DNA of 64,000 bases, taken from contig CBDETK010000013.1 of NCBI GenBank assembly GCA_965242865.1, forward strand, positions 3,104,001-3,168,000, given 5' to 3'. The stretch comes from Candidatus Latescibacterota bacterium. Its GTDB lineage: Bacteria; Latescibacterota; UBA2968; UBA8231. The notes beneath the pieces were generated by a model. The model was not told the DNA's origin and made no database searches. It was given only the letters and a program-made list of their open reading frames with translations. Positions 51,673 through 60,788 of the stretch are shown piece by piece. The stretch's first letter is position 1. Every line of letters starts with the position of its first letter. The translations under genes were made by a program, and so were the position numbers.

Positions 51673-52016
51673 ACTTTTTGACTTTGGTCTTGCAGTCGGC
51701 GCTGGTGCTGCCGCTGGTGGCTCCGCTGGTGGAGTTCGCCACGTCGACGAGCGGCCACGTTGAGCCGCGCGAGGGCTTGGCACTGGGCTGGCTGGGCAGC
51801 GTGGTGGCGGGGCTGGCGGTGGTGTTCGGCACGGCCGAACGGACCCAGGCCGATTCCTGCTACGGAATCTCCGAAGGCTCATCCGGAACGGTCTGCCGAA
51901 CGGACCAACCGTGCATTTATGATCACAATGGAAAGCCCAGAGGGTGGTATCAGGTCACATACTACCACAACTCTGCTACAGGCTGTGAATGGCGATCGGG
52001 GTCCTGCCAGTGCTGA
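51669..52016 (+). CDS. Small exported cysteine-rich precursor peptide
   Basis: AAGGAG RBS; 61-aa leader with two hydrophobic stretches ending TQA, then a 54-aa core with six Cys ending CQC. Confidence 0.7.
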   Translation: MNFLTLVLQSALVLPLVAPLVEFATSTSGHVEPREGLALGWLGSVVAGLAVVFGTAERTQADSCYGISEGSSGTVCRTDQPCIYDHNGKPRGWYQVTYYHNSATGCEWRSGSCQC

Positions 52017-52150
52017 GCCGTACTGCCGCTGTGGCACTATCGGGCCGGGTGCCACAGCGGCAGGTCGTGTTTTGGCTATCATGTCGGTCACTCGAACAAT
52101 GGTAGGTCGTTAGACCGGCTACTACATCCACTTACTGCCTCTGGAGGTGC

Positions 52151-54259
52151 ATGATGCGCGGCTTGCTTTTTGCGATTGGTTTGTTGATGGCTCCGGTTGG
52201 AGCCTTGGCTTTAACGTGGGATTTCGACGAGGGCACTACGTGGGGCTGGACCGCCCAAGAGGCGGGTTTCTACAGCACTGGGGGAACGGCTGATGCCACC
52301 ACGGTACACAGCGAAGTCGAAGACGGCGTTTGGCGTCTTGCGCCCGTGCCGGGGGCTCGAAAACCCACCCTTCAGTTGCGCTCGCCGCCGATCGAGGAAG
52401 ACTCGGCCCTATTCGACTGGGTCACTCTCCGGCTGCGCATCATCCACCATACCCCGACCGCGGGAACTCTCCTGATGCGATGGTTCAATTCCGAGTACAG
52501 AAGACTCCTCGGTCTGAACCGAATCGACTCCGCCTTTGTTCATTTTGAGACGAGCCGTTTTCAACTCTATCCCACTCAATGGGAAGACATCACCATAGAT
52601 ATACGCGCCTTAGAAGCGAACCCAGAAGTCGCGATCGTCTGGCAGGACACCCTTTTTGAATTCCATTTTGACTTGGACCTACACACCGCCGCACAGGGAC
52701 CGGCCGATCATCCGTCCTTTGTCGAAGTAGATTGGATTCAACTGACCGGGGTGGAAGAGTTATTGCTGGGGGAATTGTCGCCCCGGGCCATCGTCGTGGA
52801 GGCGGGCGTACCCGGCATGTTGTTCGACGAACCGGCCTTTTTTCCCCTCGTTGAGGGCATCAGCAGAATAACGAACATTAGACAATCGGCGGGTACTTTG
52901 GGGGATGTGGATGGCGATGGCGATGTGGATCTAGTGGCGGTTTGGGAACGCCGCACCGTCCCTAGAAGCGACTACGGCTGGATAATAGCCTCCAACGATG
53001 GCTTCGGCGGCTTTGCTCCCACCCAAGACGCGGCCACAAGTACATACCATCTCCAAGGGAGCGACTTCGACGGGGATGGGCTGTTAGACTTGGTCTTTAG
53101 TGGAAACCAGATCGTTGAACTGTGGCATAACGAGGGCGAGGGTGGGTTTGAGAGTATGCTACGGCTGTCCGGCGTCGAGTTCTCTGGCCTCGCTGATGGC
53201 GATGGCGATGGCGATGTGGACCTGTTGGTTTATCAGCTTGGCGACTTATCGCCTCATGTAGTGTTGTGGATCAACGATGGCACCGACGGGTTTGTCCGCA
53301 GCGATCGGTTCGATCTCGACAGCGAAGAAGAGCTCTACGCCTACTGGCCCTCCGGCCAACCGTTGGGTGAGGCCGTGCCCCTATTGTGGAACCGACCCTG
53401 CCACCTGCCCGTGGGGCCTTGGCAACTGACTCGGCCGTGGGCGGCCAGCGAGGAGCCGCCGCTGCTTTTCGAGACCGGAGTCAACCCCTGTGCGCTGCAC
53501 CTGCTCGCCGATGTGGATGGCGACGGGAATGTGGATTTACTCGGCTCCTCTGAGAGTAGAGAGTTCTACTTCGTCTCCAGAACCTACTACGGTTTGGACG
53601 TGTGGCGGTTGGACGCCCTGGGCGGGGTGTCCCGCCACTCCCTGCTCAGCCCGCAGGTACATGTGTCGCCTGGGGTCACTGCCAGCGACCTCAACGGCGA
53701 TGGCCTGCTGGACTTGGCCTTGGTCGATGGCAACTTAGCCACCGGACCGGCGCTGGTGGTGCTGGTCGGCCAGCGCGATGGGCTGCCCGTCGTCGAAGGC
53801 CGCTATCGGCTGCCGGGCACGGGCGGCCAAGTGCTCCCCGGCGACGTAAACGGCGATGGGGCTGTCGATCTGGTGGTGCTGGGGCGGAATATGGAAGGCG
53901 GTCCGGGCGGAGCCTTCGTCTTTCTCAACCAGAGTGCGCCAGCCACCGCCATCGCCGCTGAGACCACATCCACCCCCTCAGCCTTTGCCCTCGGTGCCAA
54001 CTACCCCAACCCATTCAATCCGGCCACGACCATCCCCCTTACCCTGCCCGCCAGTGCCGAGGCGGTGGACGTAACCATCTACAACGTCTTGGGGCAGCCG
54101 GTGCGCCGCGTATGGAACGGTTCGTTGGCGGCGGGCGCACACCGGCTGGCTTGGGATGGTCGGGACGCACAGGGACAGCCCGTCGCCGCAGGGGTCTATT
54201 GGTATCGGTTGCAGGTGGGCGATCAGACGCACACCCGCAAGATGATCAAAATCGAATAG
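52151..54259 (+). CDS. Secreted FG-GAP/VCBS repeat protein with FlgD/T9SS-A-like C-terminal domain, copy 1
   Basis: Signal peptide ALA|LTWDF, multiple D(V/F/L)(D/N)GDG..DL repeats, C-terminal LGANYPNPFNP...IYNVLGQ...WDGRD...GVYWYRL. Confidence 0.85.
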   Translation: MMRGLLFAIGLLMAPVGALALTWDFDEGTTWGWTAQEAGFYSTGGTADATTVHSEVEDGVWRLAPVPGARKPTLQLRSPPIEEDSALFDWVTLRLRIIHHTPTAGTLLMRWFNSEYRRLLGLNRIDSAFVHFETSRFQLYPTQWEDITIDIRALEANPEVAIVWQDTLFEFHFDLDLHTAAQGPADHPSFVEVDWIQLTGVEELLLGELSPRAIVVEAGVPGMLFDEPAFFPLVEGISRITNIRQSAGTLGDVDGDGDVDLVAVWERRTVPRSDYGWIIASNDGFGGFAPTQDAATSTYHLQGSDFDGDGLLDLVFSGNQIVELWHNEGEGGFESMLRLSGVEFSGLADGDGDGDVDLLVYQLGDLSPHVVLWINDGTDGFVRSDRFDLDSEEELYAYWPSGQPLGEAVPLLWNRPCHLPVGPWQLTRPWAASEEPPLLFETGVNPCALHLLADVDGDGNVDLLGSSESREFYFVSRTYYGLDVWRLDALGGVSRHSLLSPQVHVSPGVTASDLNGDGLLDLALVDGNLATGPALVVLVGQRDGLPVVEGRYRLPGTGGQVLPGDVNGDGAVDLVVLGRNMEGGPGGAFVFLNQSAPATAIAAETTSTPSAFALGANYPNPFNPATTIPLTLPASAEAVDVTIYNVLGQPVRRVWNGSLAAGAHRLAWDGRDAQGQPVAAGVYWYRLQVGDQTHTRKMIKIE

Positions 54260-54288
54260 ACGACCTAAGTTATCACTGGAGGCAAACT

Positions 54289-56403
54289 ATGCGCGGCTTG
54301 CTTTTTGCGATTGGTTTGTTGATGGCTCCGGTTGGAGCCTTGGCCCTAACGTGGGATTTCGACGAGGGCACCACGTGGGGCTGGACCGCCCAAGAATCGG
54401 GTTGGTACAGTACTAGGGGAACATTTGATGCCACCCTAGTGTACAGCGAAGTCGAAGACGGCGTCTGGCGCCTAGTGCCCGTGCCGGGGGCGCGAAAACC
54501 CACCCTTCAGTTGCGTTCACCACCGATTGGCGAAGACTCCGCCCTGTTCGACTATGTCACCCTCCGGCTCCGCATCATCCACCATACCCCGACGGAGGGA
54601 ACTCTCCAGATGCGATGGTTCAATTCCGAGTACACAAGACTCCTCGGTCTGAACCAACACGAGGGCGAGAATCAGTTTTATCGGGGCCGTTTGCAACTTT
54701 ACCCCACTCAATGGGAAGCCATCACCATAGATATACGCGCCTTAGAAGCCGCAGCCGTAGCCGACCCAGAAGTCGAACTCACCTGGCAGGACACCCTTTT
54801 TGAATTTCGTTTTGACTTGGACTTAAACACTACCGCGCAAGGGCCGGCCGATCATCCGTCCTTTGTCGAAGTAGATTGGATTCAACTGACCGGGGTGGAA
54901 GAGTTGCTGCTGGGGGAATTGCCGCCCCAGGAAATCGTCGTGGAGGCGGGCTTGCCCGGCGCGTTGTTCGACGAACCGGCCTTTTTTTCCCTCGTCGAGG
55001 GCATCAAAGGCAAAATGGGCATTGGACAATCGATGGGTACTTTGGGTGATGTGGATGGCGATGGCGATGTGGACCTCGTGGCGGTTTGGGATCGCTTCAC
55101 CGCTACCGGAAGCGACCACGGTTGGCTCATAGCCTCCAACGATGGTTTCGGCGGCTTTGTCCTCACCCAAGAGGAGGCCGCAAGCACCTACCTCAGTCTC
55201 CAAGGGAGCGACTTCGACGGAGATGGGCTGTTCGACTTGGTCTTTAGTGGAAACCAGATCGTTGAACTGTGGCATAACGAGGGCGAGGATGGGTTTGAGA
55301 GTACGCTGCGGCTGTCCGGCGTCGGGTTTGTTGGCCTCGCCGATGGCGATGGCGATGGCGATGTGGACCTGTTGGTTCATGAGCTTGACGACGAATCGCC
55401 CCACGTGGTGTTGTGGCTCAACGATGGCGACGCCGGATTCGTCCGCCGTGAGCGGTTCGATATCGATAGCGAAGAGGAACTCTATGCTTACCCGTCCTCC
55501 GGGGAACCGCCGGGCGAGGCCGTGCGCCTGTTGTGGACCCAACCCTGCTACCTACCCCAAGGGCCGTGGCAACTGACCCGGCCGTGGGCGGCCAGCGAGG
55601 AGCCATCGCTGTTTTTCGAGACCGGGGTCAACCCCTGTACGCTGCACTGGGTCGTTGATTTGGGTGGCGATGGAGCGGTGGAGTTCGTCGGTTCCCTTGA
55701 ACTGAGACGGTTCTCCTCCGACTACACCAACCACGGCTTGGTCGTGTGGCGTCTAGACGCTTCGGGCGGGATGTCTCGCCATCCCCTGCTCGGCTCGCAG
55801 GTACACGTGTCGCGTGGGGCCACGGCCAGCGACTTCAACGGCGATGGCCTGCTGGACTTGGCTGTGGTCGATGGCAACTTGGCGACTGGACCGGCGTTAG
55901 TGGTGCTGACCGGCCAGCGCGATGGGCTGCCCGTCGTCGAAGGCCGCTACCGGCTGCCGGGCACGGGCGGCCAAGTGCTCCCCGGCGACGTAAACGGCGA
56001 TGGGGCTGTCGATCTGGTGGTGCTGGGGCGGAATATGGAAGGCGGTCCGGGCGGAGCCTTCGTCTTTCTCAACCAGCATACGCCAGCCACCGCCATCGCC
56101 GCTGAGACGCCGACTACGCCCACGGCCTTTGTCCTCGGGGCCAACTATCCCAACCCGTTCAATCCAGCCACGACCATCCCCTTGGCACTGCCTGCCCAAG
56201 CCAGCGAGGTGGCCTTAACCATCTACAACGTCTTGGGGCAGCCCGTGCGCCGCGTGTGGGCGGGTTCGTTGGCCGCCGGCGAACACCGACTGGCTTGGGA
56301 TGGTCGGGACGCACAGGGACAGCCGGTCGCCGCGGGGGTCTATTGGTATCGGTTGCAGGTGGGCGATCAGACGCGCACCCGCAAGATGATCAAAATCGAA
56401 TAG
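54289..56403 (+). CDS. Secreted FG-GAP repeat protein, copy 2
   Basis: Close paralog of copy 1; GGAGG RBS before ATG 54289. Confidence 0.85.
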   Translation: MRGLLFAIGLLMAPVGALALTWDFDEGTTWGWTAQESGWYSTRGTFDATLVYSEVEDGVWRLVPVPGARKPTLQLRSPPIGEDSALFDYVTLRLRIIHHTPTEGTLQMRWFNSEYTRLLGLNQHEGENQFYRGRLQLYPTQWEAITIDIRALEAAAVADPEVELTWQDTLFEFRFDLDLNTTAQGPADHPSFVEVDWIQLTGVEELLLGELPPQEIVVEAGLPGALFDEPAFFSLVEGIKGKMGIGQSMGTLGDVDGDGDVDLVAVWDRFTATGSDHGWLIASNDGFGGFVLTQEEAASTYLSLQGSDFDGDGLFDLVFSGNQIVELWHNEGEDGFESTLRLSGVGFVGLADGDGDGDVDLLVHELDDESPHVVLWLNDGDAGFVRRERFDIDSEEELYAYPSSGEPPGEAVRLLWTQPCYLPQGPWQLTRPWAASEEPSLFFETGVNPCTLHWVVDLGGDGAVEFVGSLELRRFSSDYTNHGLVVWRLDASGGMSRHPLLGSQVHVSRGATASDFNGDGLLDLAVVDGNLATGPALVVLTGQRDGLPVVEGRYRLPGTGGQVLPGDVNGDGAVDLVVLGRNMEGGPGGAFVFLNQHTPATAIAAETPTTPTAFVLGANYPNPFNPATTIPLALPAQASEVALTIYNVLGQPVRRVWAGSLAAGEHRLAWDGRDAQGQPVAAGVYWYRLQVGDQTRTRKMIKIE

Positions 56404-56432
56404 ACGACCTAAGTTATCACTGGAGGCAAACT

Positions 56433-58544
56433 ATGCGCGGCTTGCTTTTTGCGATTGGATTGTTGACCGCTCCGGTTGGAGCCTTGGCCTTAACGTGGGA
56501 TTTCGACGAGGACACCACGTGGGGCTGGACCGCCCAAGAGGCGGGTTCCTACAGCACTAGGGGAACGGATGATGTCACCACGGTGTATAGCGAAGTCAAA
56601 GACGGCATTTGGCGTATTGCGCCCGTGCCGGGGGCTCGAAAACCCACCCTTCAGTTGCGCTCGCCGCCGATCGAGGAAGACTCGGCCCTGTTCGACTATG
56701 TCACTCTCCGGCTCCGCATCACCCACCGTATCCCGACGGAGGGAACGCTCGTGATGCGATGGTTCAATGCTGAGTACACGAGACGCCTCGGGCTGAACCG
56801 ATACGAAGGAGAAGGGAAGTTTTTGACGAGCCGTTTTCAACTCTATCCCACTCAATGGGAAGACATCACCATAGATATACGCGCCTTAGAAGCCGCGACG
56901 GAAGCCGACCCGGAAGTCGAGATCGTCTGGCAGGACACCCTTTTTACGTTTCTCTTTGACTTGGACCTACACACCACCGCACAGGGGCCGGCCGATCATC
57001 CGGCCTTTGTCGAAGTAGATTGGATTCAACTGACCGGGGTGGAAGAGTTACTGCTGGGGGAGTTGCCGCCTCGGGCCATCGTCGTAGAGGCGGGCTTGCC
57101 CGGCACGTTGTTCGGCGAACCGGCCTTTTTTCCTCTCGTCGAGGGCATCAAAGGCAAAGTGGCCATTGGACAATCGGCAGGTACTTTGGGGGATGTGGAT
57201 GGCGATGGCGATGGGGATCTAGTGGCGGTTTGGAATCGCCTCACTGCCACCGGAAGCGACCATGGTTGGCTCATAGCCTCCAACGATGGCTTGGGCGGCT
57301 TTGCTCCCACCCAAGAGGAGGCCGCAAGTGCCTACCTCAGTCTCCAAGGAAGCGACTTCGACGGAGATGGACTTCTCGATCTGGTCCTTGGTGAAGGCCG
57401 GACCCTTGAACTGTGGCACAACCGGGGCGAGGATGGGTTTGAGAGTACGCTGCGGCTGTCCGGCGTCGGGTTCGTTGGCCTCGCCGATGGCGAGGGCGAT
57501 GGCGATGTGGACCTGTTGGTTCATGAGCTTGACGACGAATCGTCCCACGTGATTTTGTGGATCAACGATGGCGACGCCGGATTCGTCCGCCGTGAGCGGT
57601 TCGATCTCGACCGCAAAGAAGCACTCAAGCCGTACCCGCCCTCCAAGCAACCGCCGGGCGAGGCTGTGCGCCTGTTGTGGAACCGCCCCTGCGACCTGCC
57701 CGTGGGGCCTTTGCTCCTGACCCGACCGTGGGCGGCCAGCGAGGAGCCGCCGCTGTTTTTCGAGACCGGAGTCAACCCCTGTACGCTGCACTGGATCGTT
57801 GATTTGGATGGCGATGGGGTGATGGAATTAGTCGGTTCCCTTGAGGAGAGATGGTTCTTCGGCTACACCTACCACGGCTTGGCCGTGTGGCGGTTGGACG
57901 CTTCGGGCGGGGTATCCCGCCATCTCCTGCTCGGTCCGCAGGCACACATGGCGCATGAGGCCGTTGCCCACGACCTCAACGGCGATGGCCTGCTGGACTT
58001 GGCTGTGGTCGATGGCAACTTGGCGACTGGACCGGCGTTAGTGGTGCTGACCGGCCAGCGCGATGGCCTGCCCGTCGTCGAAGGCCGCTACCGGCTGCCG
58101 GGCACGGGCGGCCAAGTGCTCCCCGGCGACGTAAACGGCGATGGGGCTGTCGATCTGGTGGTGCTGGGGCGGAATATGGAAGGCGGTCCGGGCGGAGCCT
58201 TCGTCTTCCTCAACCAGCGTACGTCGGCCACCACGGTCACTACTGAGACCGCGACTGTCCCCTCAGCCTTTGTCCTCGGGGCCAACTATCCCAACCCGTT
58301 CAATCCAGCCACGACCATCCCCTTGGCACTGCCTGCCCAAGCCAGCGAGGTGGCCTTAACCATCTACAACGTCTTGGGGCAGCCCGTGCGCCACGTGTGG
58401 GCAGGTTCGTTGGCGGCGGGCGCACACCGGCTGGCTTGGGATGGCCGGGACGCGCAGGGGCGGCCCGTCGCTGCGGGCGTCTATTGGTATCGGTTGCAGG
58501 TGGACGATCAGACGCACACCCGCAAGATGATCAAAATCGAATAG
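56433..58544 (+). CDS. Secreted FG-GAP repeat protein, copy 3
   Basis: Close paralog; GGAGG RBS before ATG 56433. Confidence 0.85.
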   Translation: MRGLLFAIGLLTAPVGALALTWDFDEDTTWGWTAQEAGSYSTRGTDDVTTVYSEVKDGIWRIAPVPGARKPTLQLRSPPIEEDSALFDYVTLRLRITHRIPTEGTLVMRWFNAEYTRRLGLNRYEGEGKFLTSRFQLYPTQWEDITIDIRALEAATEADPEVEIVWQDTLFTFLFDLDLHTTAQGPADHPAFVEVDWIQLTGVEELLLGELPPRAIVVEAGLPGTLFGEPAFFPLVEGIKGKVAIGQSAGTLGDVDGDGDGDLVAVWNRLTATGSDHGWLIASNDGLGGFAPTQEEAASAYLSLQGSDFDGDGLLDLVLGEGRTLELWHNRGEDGFESTLRLSGVGFVGLADGEGDGDVDLLVHELDDESSHVILWINDGDAGFVRRERFDLDRKEALKPYPPSKQPPGEAVRLLWNRPCDLPVGPLLLTRPWAASEEPPLFFETGVNPCTLHWIVDLDGDGVMELVGSLEERWFFGYTYHGLAVWRLDASGGVSRHLLLGPQAHMAHEAVAHDLNGDGLLDLAVVDGNLATGPALVVLTGQRDGLPVVEGRYRLPGTGGQVLPGDVNGDGAVDLVVLGRNMEGGPGGAFVFLNQRTSATTVTTETATVPSAFVLGANYPNPFNPATTIPLALPAQASEVALTIYNVLGQPVRHVWAGSLAAGAHRLAWDGRDAQGRPVAAGVYWYRLQVDDQTHTRKMIKIE

Positions 58545-58573
58545 ACGACCGCAGTTATCACTGGAGGAGACCT

Positions 58574-60718
58574 ATGCGCGGCTTGCTTTTTGCGATTGGC
58601 TTGTTGATGGCTCCGGTTGGAGCCTTGGCCCTAACGTGGGATTTCAACGAGGGCACCACGTGGGGCTGGACCGCCCAAGAGGGGGGGTTCTACACCATGG
58701 GGGGAACGTCTGATGCGACCACGGTGTACAGCGAAGTCGAAGACGGCGTCTGGCGTATTGCGCCCGTGCCGGGGGCTCAAAAACCCACCCTTCAGTTGCG
58801 CTCGCCGCCGATTGGCGAAGACTCGGCCCTGTTCGACTGGGTCACCCTCCGGCTCCGCATCATCCACCATACCCCGACCGCGGGAACTCTTCAGATGCAA
58901 TGGTTCAATTCCGAGTCCACAAGACTCCTCGGTCTGAACCAACACGCCGACCCCTACGAAGTGATGCCGTTTGCAACGGGCCGTCCTCAACTCTACCCCA
59001 CTCAATGGGAAGACATCACCATAGATATACGCACCTTAGAAGCCGCCGCGGCAGCCGACCCCGAAGTCGAGCTCATCTGGCAGGACATCCTTTTTGAGTT
59101 TCATTTTGACTTGGATATACACAGCGATGCACAAGGCCCGGCCGATCATCCGTCCTTTGTCGAAGTAGATTGGATTCAACTGACCGGGGTGGAAGAGTTG
59201 CTGCTGGGGGAATTGCCGCCCCGGGCCATCGTCGTGGAGGCGGGCGTACCCGGGGCGTTGTTCGCCGAACCGGCCTTTTTCCCCCTCGTCGAGGGCGCCA
59301 CAGACAAAACAGTGGGCCTTGGAGCATCGGCGGGTACTTTGGGCGATGTGGATGGCGATGGCGATGTGGACCTCGTGGCGGTTTGGGACCGTCCCCAACC
59401 CTTCACCACCGAAATCGACTACGGCTGGGTAATAGCCTCCAACGATGGCTTGGGCGGCTTTGTCCCCACCCAAGAGCAAAAGGCCGCCGACCAAGCCACA
59501 ACCATCAGTCTTCAAGGAAACGACTTTGACGGGGATGGGCTGTTAGACTTGGTCTTTAGTGGAGACCAGATCGTCGAACTGTGGCATAACGAGGGCGAGG
59601 ATGGGTTTGAGATCGCGCTGCGGCTGTCCGGCGTCAGGTTCGTTGGCCTAGGCGATGGTGAGGGCGATGGCGATGTGGACCTGTTGGTTCATGAGCTTGA
59701 CGACGAATCACCCCACGTGGTGTTGTGGCTCAACGATGGCGACGCCGGATTTGTCCGCAGCGATCGGTTCGATCTCGACAGCGAAGAGGAGCTCCTTCCG
59801 TACCCGACCTCCGAGCAAGCGCCGGGCGAGGCCGTTCATCTATTGTGGAACCGCCCCTGCTACCTGCCTCAAGGGCCGTGGCAACGGACCCGGCCGTGGG
59901 CGACCAGCGAGGAGCCGCCGCTGTTTTTCGAGACCGAGGTCAACCCCTGTACTCTACAACTGCTCGCCGATGTGGATGGCGATGGAGAAGTGGATTTACT
60001 CAGCGTCTCTGTGATGAGAGAGTTCTTCTTCGCCGCCACCACCTATCACGGTTTGGACTTGTGGCGGTTGGACGCTTCGGGCGGGGTGTCCCGCCACCCC
60101 CTGCTCGGCTCGCAGGTACAGGTGTCGCATCGCGCCATTGCCCACGACCTCAACGGCGATGGCCTGCTGGACTTGGCCTTGGTTGATGGCAACTTAGCCA
60201 CTGGTCCGGCGTTAGTGGTGCTGACCGGCCAGCGCGATGGGCTGCCCGTCGTCGAAGGCCGCTACCGGCTGCCGGGCACGGGCGGTCAAGTGCTCCCCGG
60301 CGACGTAAACGGCGATGGGGCAACCGATCTGGTGGTGCTGGGGCGGAATATGGCAGGCGGTCCGGGCGGAGCCTTCGTCTTCCTCAACCAGCATACGCCA
60401 GCCACCGCCATCGCCGCCGAGACCACGTCCACCCCCTCAGCCTTTGTCCTCGGGGCCAACTACCCCAACCCGTTCAATCCGGCCACGACCATCCCCTTGG
60501 CACTGCCGGCCGACGCTGGCGAGATGGCCTTAACTATCTACAACGTCTTGGGGCAGCCGGTGCGCCACGTGTGGGCAGGTTCGTTGGCGGCGGGCGAACA
60601 CCGACTGGCTTGGGATGGTCGGGACGCCGAAGGACAGCCGGTCGCCGCGGGCGTCTATTGGTATCGGTTGCAGGTGGGCGATCAGACGCGCACCCGCAAG
60701 ATGATCAAAATCGAATAG
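58574..60718 (+). CDS. Secreted FG-GAP repeat protein, copy 4
   Basis: Close paralog; GGAGG RBS before ATG 58574. Confidence 0.85.
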   Translation: MRGLLFAIGLLMAPVGALALTWDFNEGTTWGWTAQEGGFYTMGGTSDATTVYSEVEDGVWRIAPVPGAQKPTLQLRSPPIGEDSALFDWVTLRLRIIHHTPTAGTLQMQWFNSESTRLLGLNQHADPYEVMPFATGRPQLYPTQWEDITIDIRTLEAAAAADPEVELIWQDILFEFHFDLDIHSDAQGPADHPSFVEVDWIQLTGVEELLLGELPPRAIVVEAGVPGALFAEPAFFPLVEGATDKTVGLGASAGTLGDVDGDGDVDLVAVWDRPQPFTTEIDYGWVIASNDGLGGFVPTQEQKAADQATTISLQGNDFDGDGLLDLVFSGDQIVELWHNEGEDGFEIALRLSGVRFVGLGDGEGDGDVDLLVHELDDESPHVVLWLNDGDAGFVRSDRFDLDSEEELLPYPTSEQAPGEAVHLLWNRPCYLPQGPWQRTRPWATSEEPPLFFETEVNPCTLQLLADVDGDGEVDLLSVSVMREFFFAATTYHGLDLWRLDASGGVSRHPLLGSQVQVSHRAIAHDLNGDGLLDLALVDGNLATGPALVVLTGQRDGLPVVEGRYRLPGTGGQVLPGDVNGDGATDLVVLGRNMAGGPGGAFVFLNQHTPATAIAAETTSTPSAFVLGANYPNPFNPATTIPLALPADAGEMALTIYNVLGQPVRHVWAGSLAAGEHRLAWDGRDAEGQPVAAGVYWYRLQVGDQTRTRKMIKIE

Positions 60719-60788
60719 GGTGAAAGTACCACAGGAGCAGGCGACCAGAACATCCTAAAACAAATCTATCACGCTCTGGAGGTGCATT

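Noticed and set aside
49778-52016. Canonical methylamine dehydrogenase (mau) or cytochrome c maturation cluster
   Set aside because: No MauB, MauE, MauG or CxxCH proteins; the peptide is too short and has too few Cys for MauA.
48636-52016. Tad/Flp or type IV pilus locus
   Set aside because: No assembly ATPase, secretin or platform genes, and no G|F...E5 pilin motif nearby.
54112-54288. 59-aa N-terminal extensions of FG-GAP copies 2-4 in the ORF track (also 56256 and 58397)
   Set aside because: They overlap the previous copy; RBS and signal peptide place the starts at 54289, 56433 and 58574.
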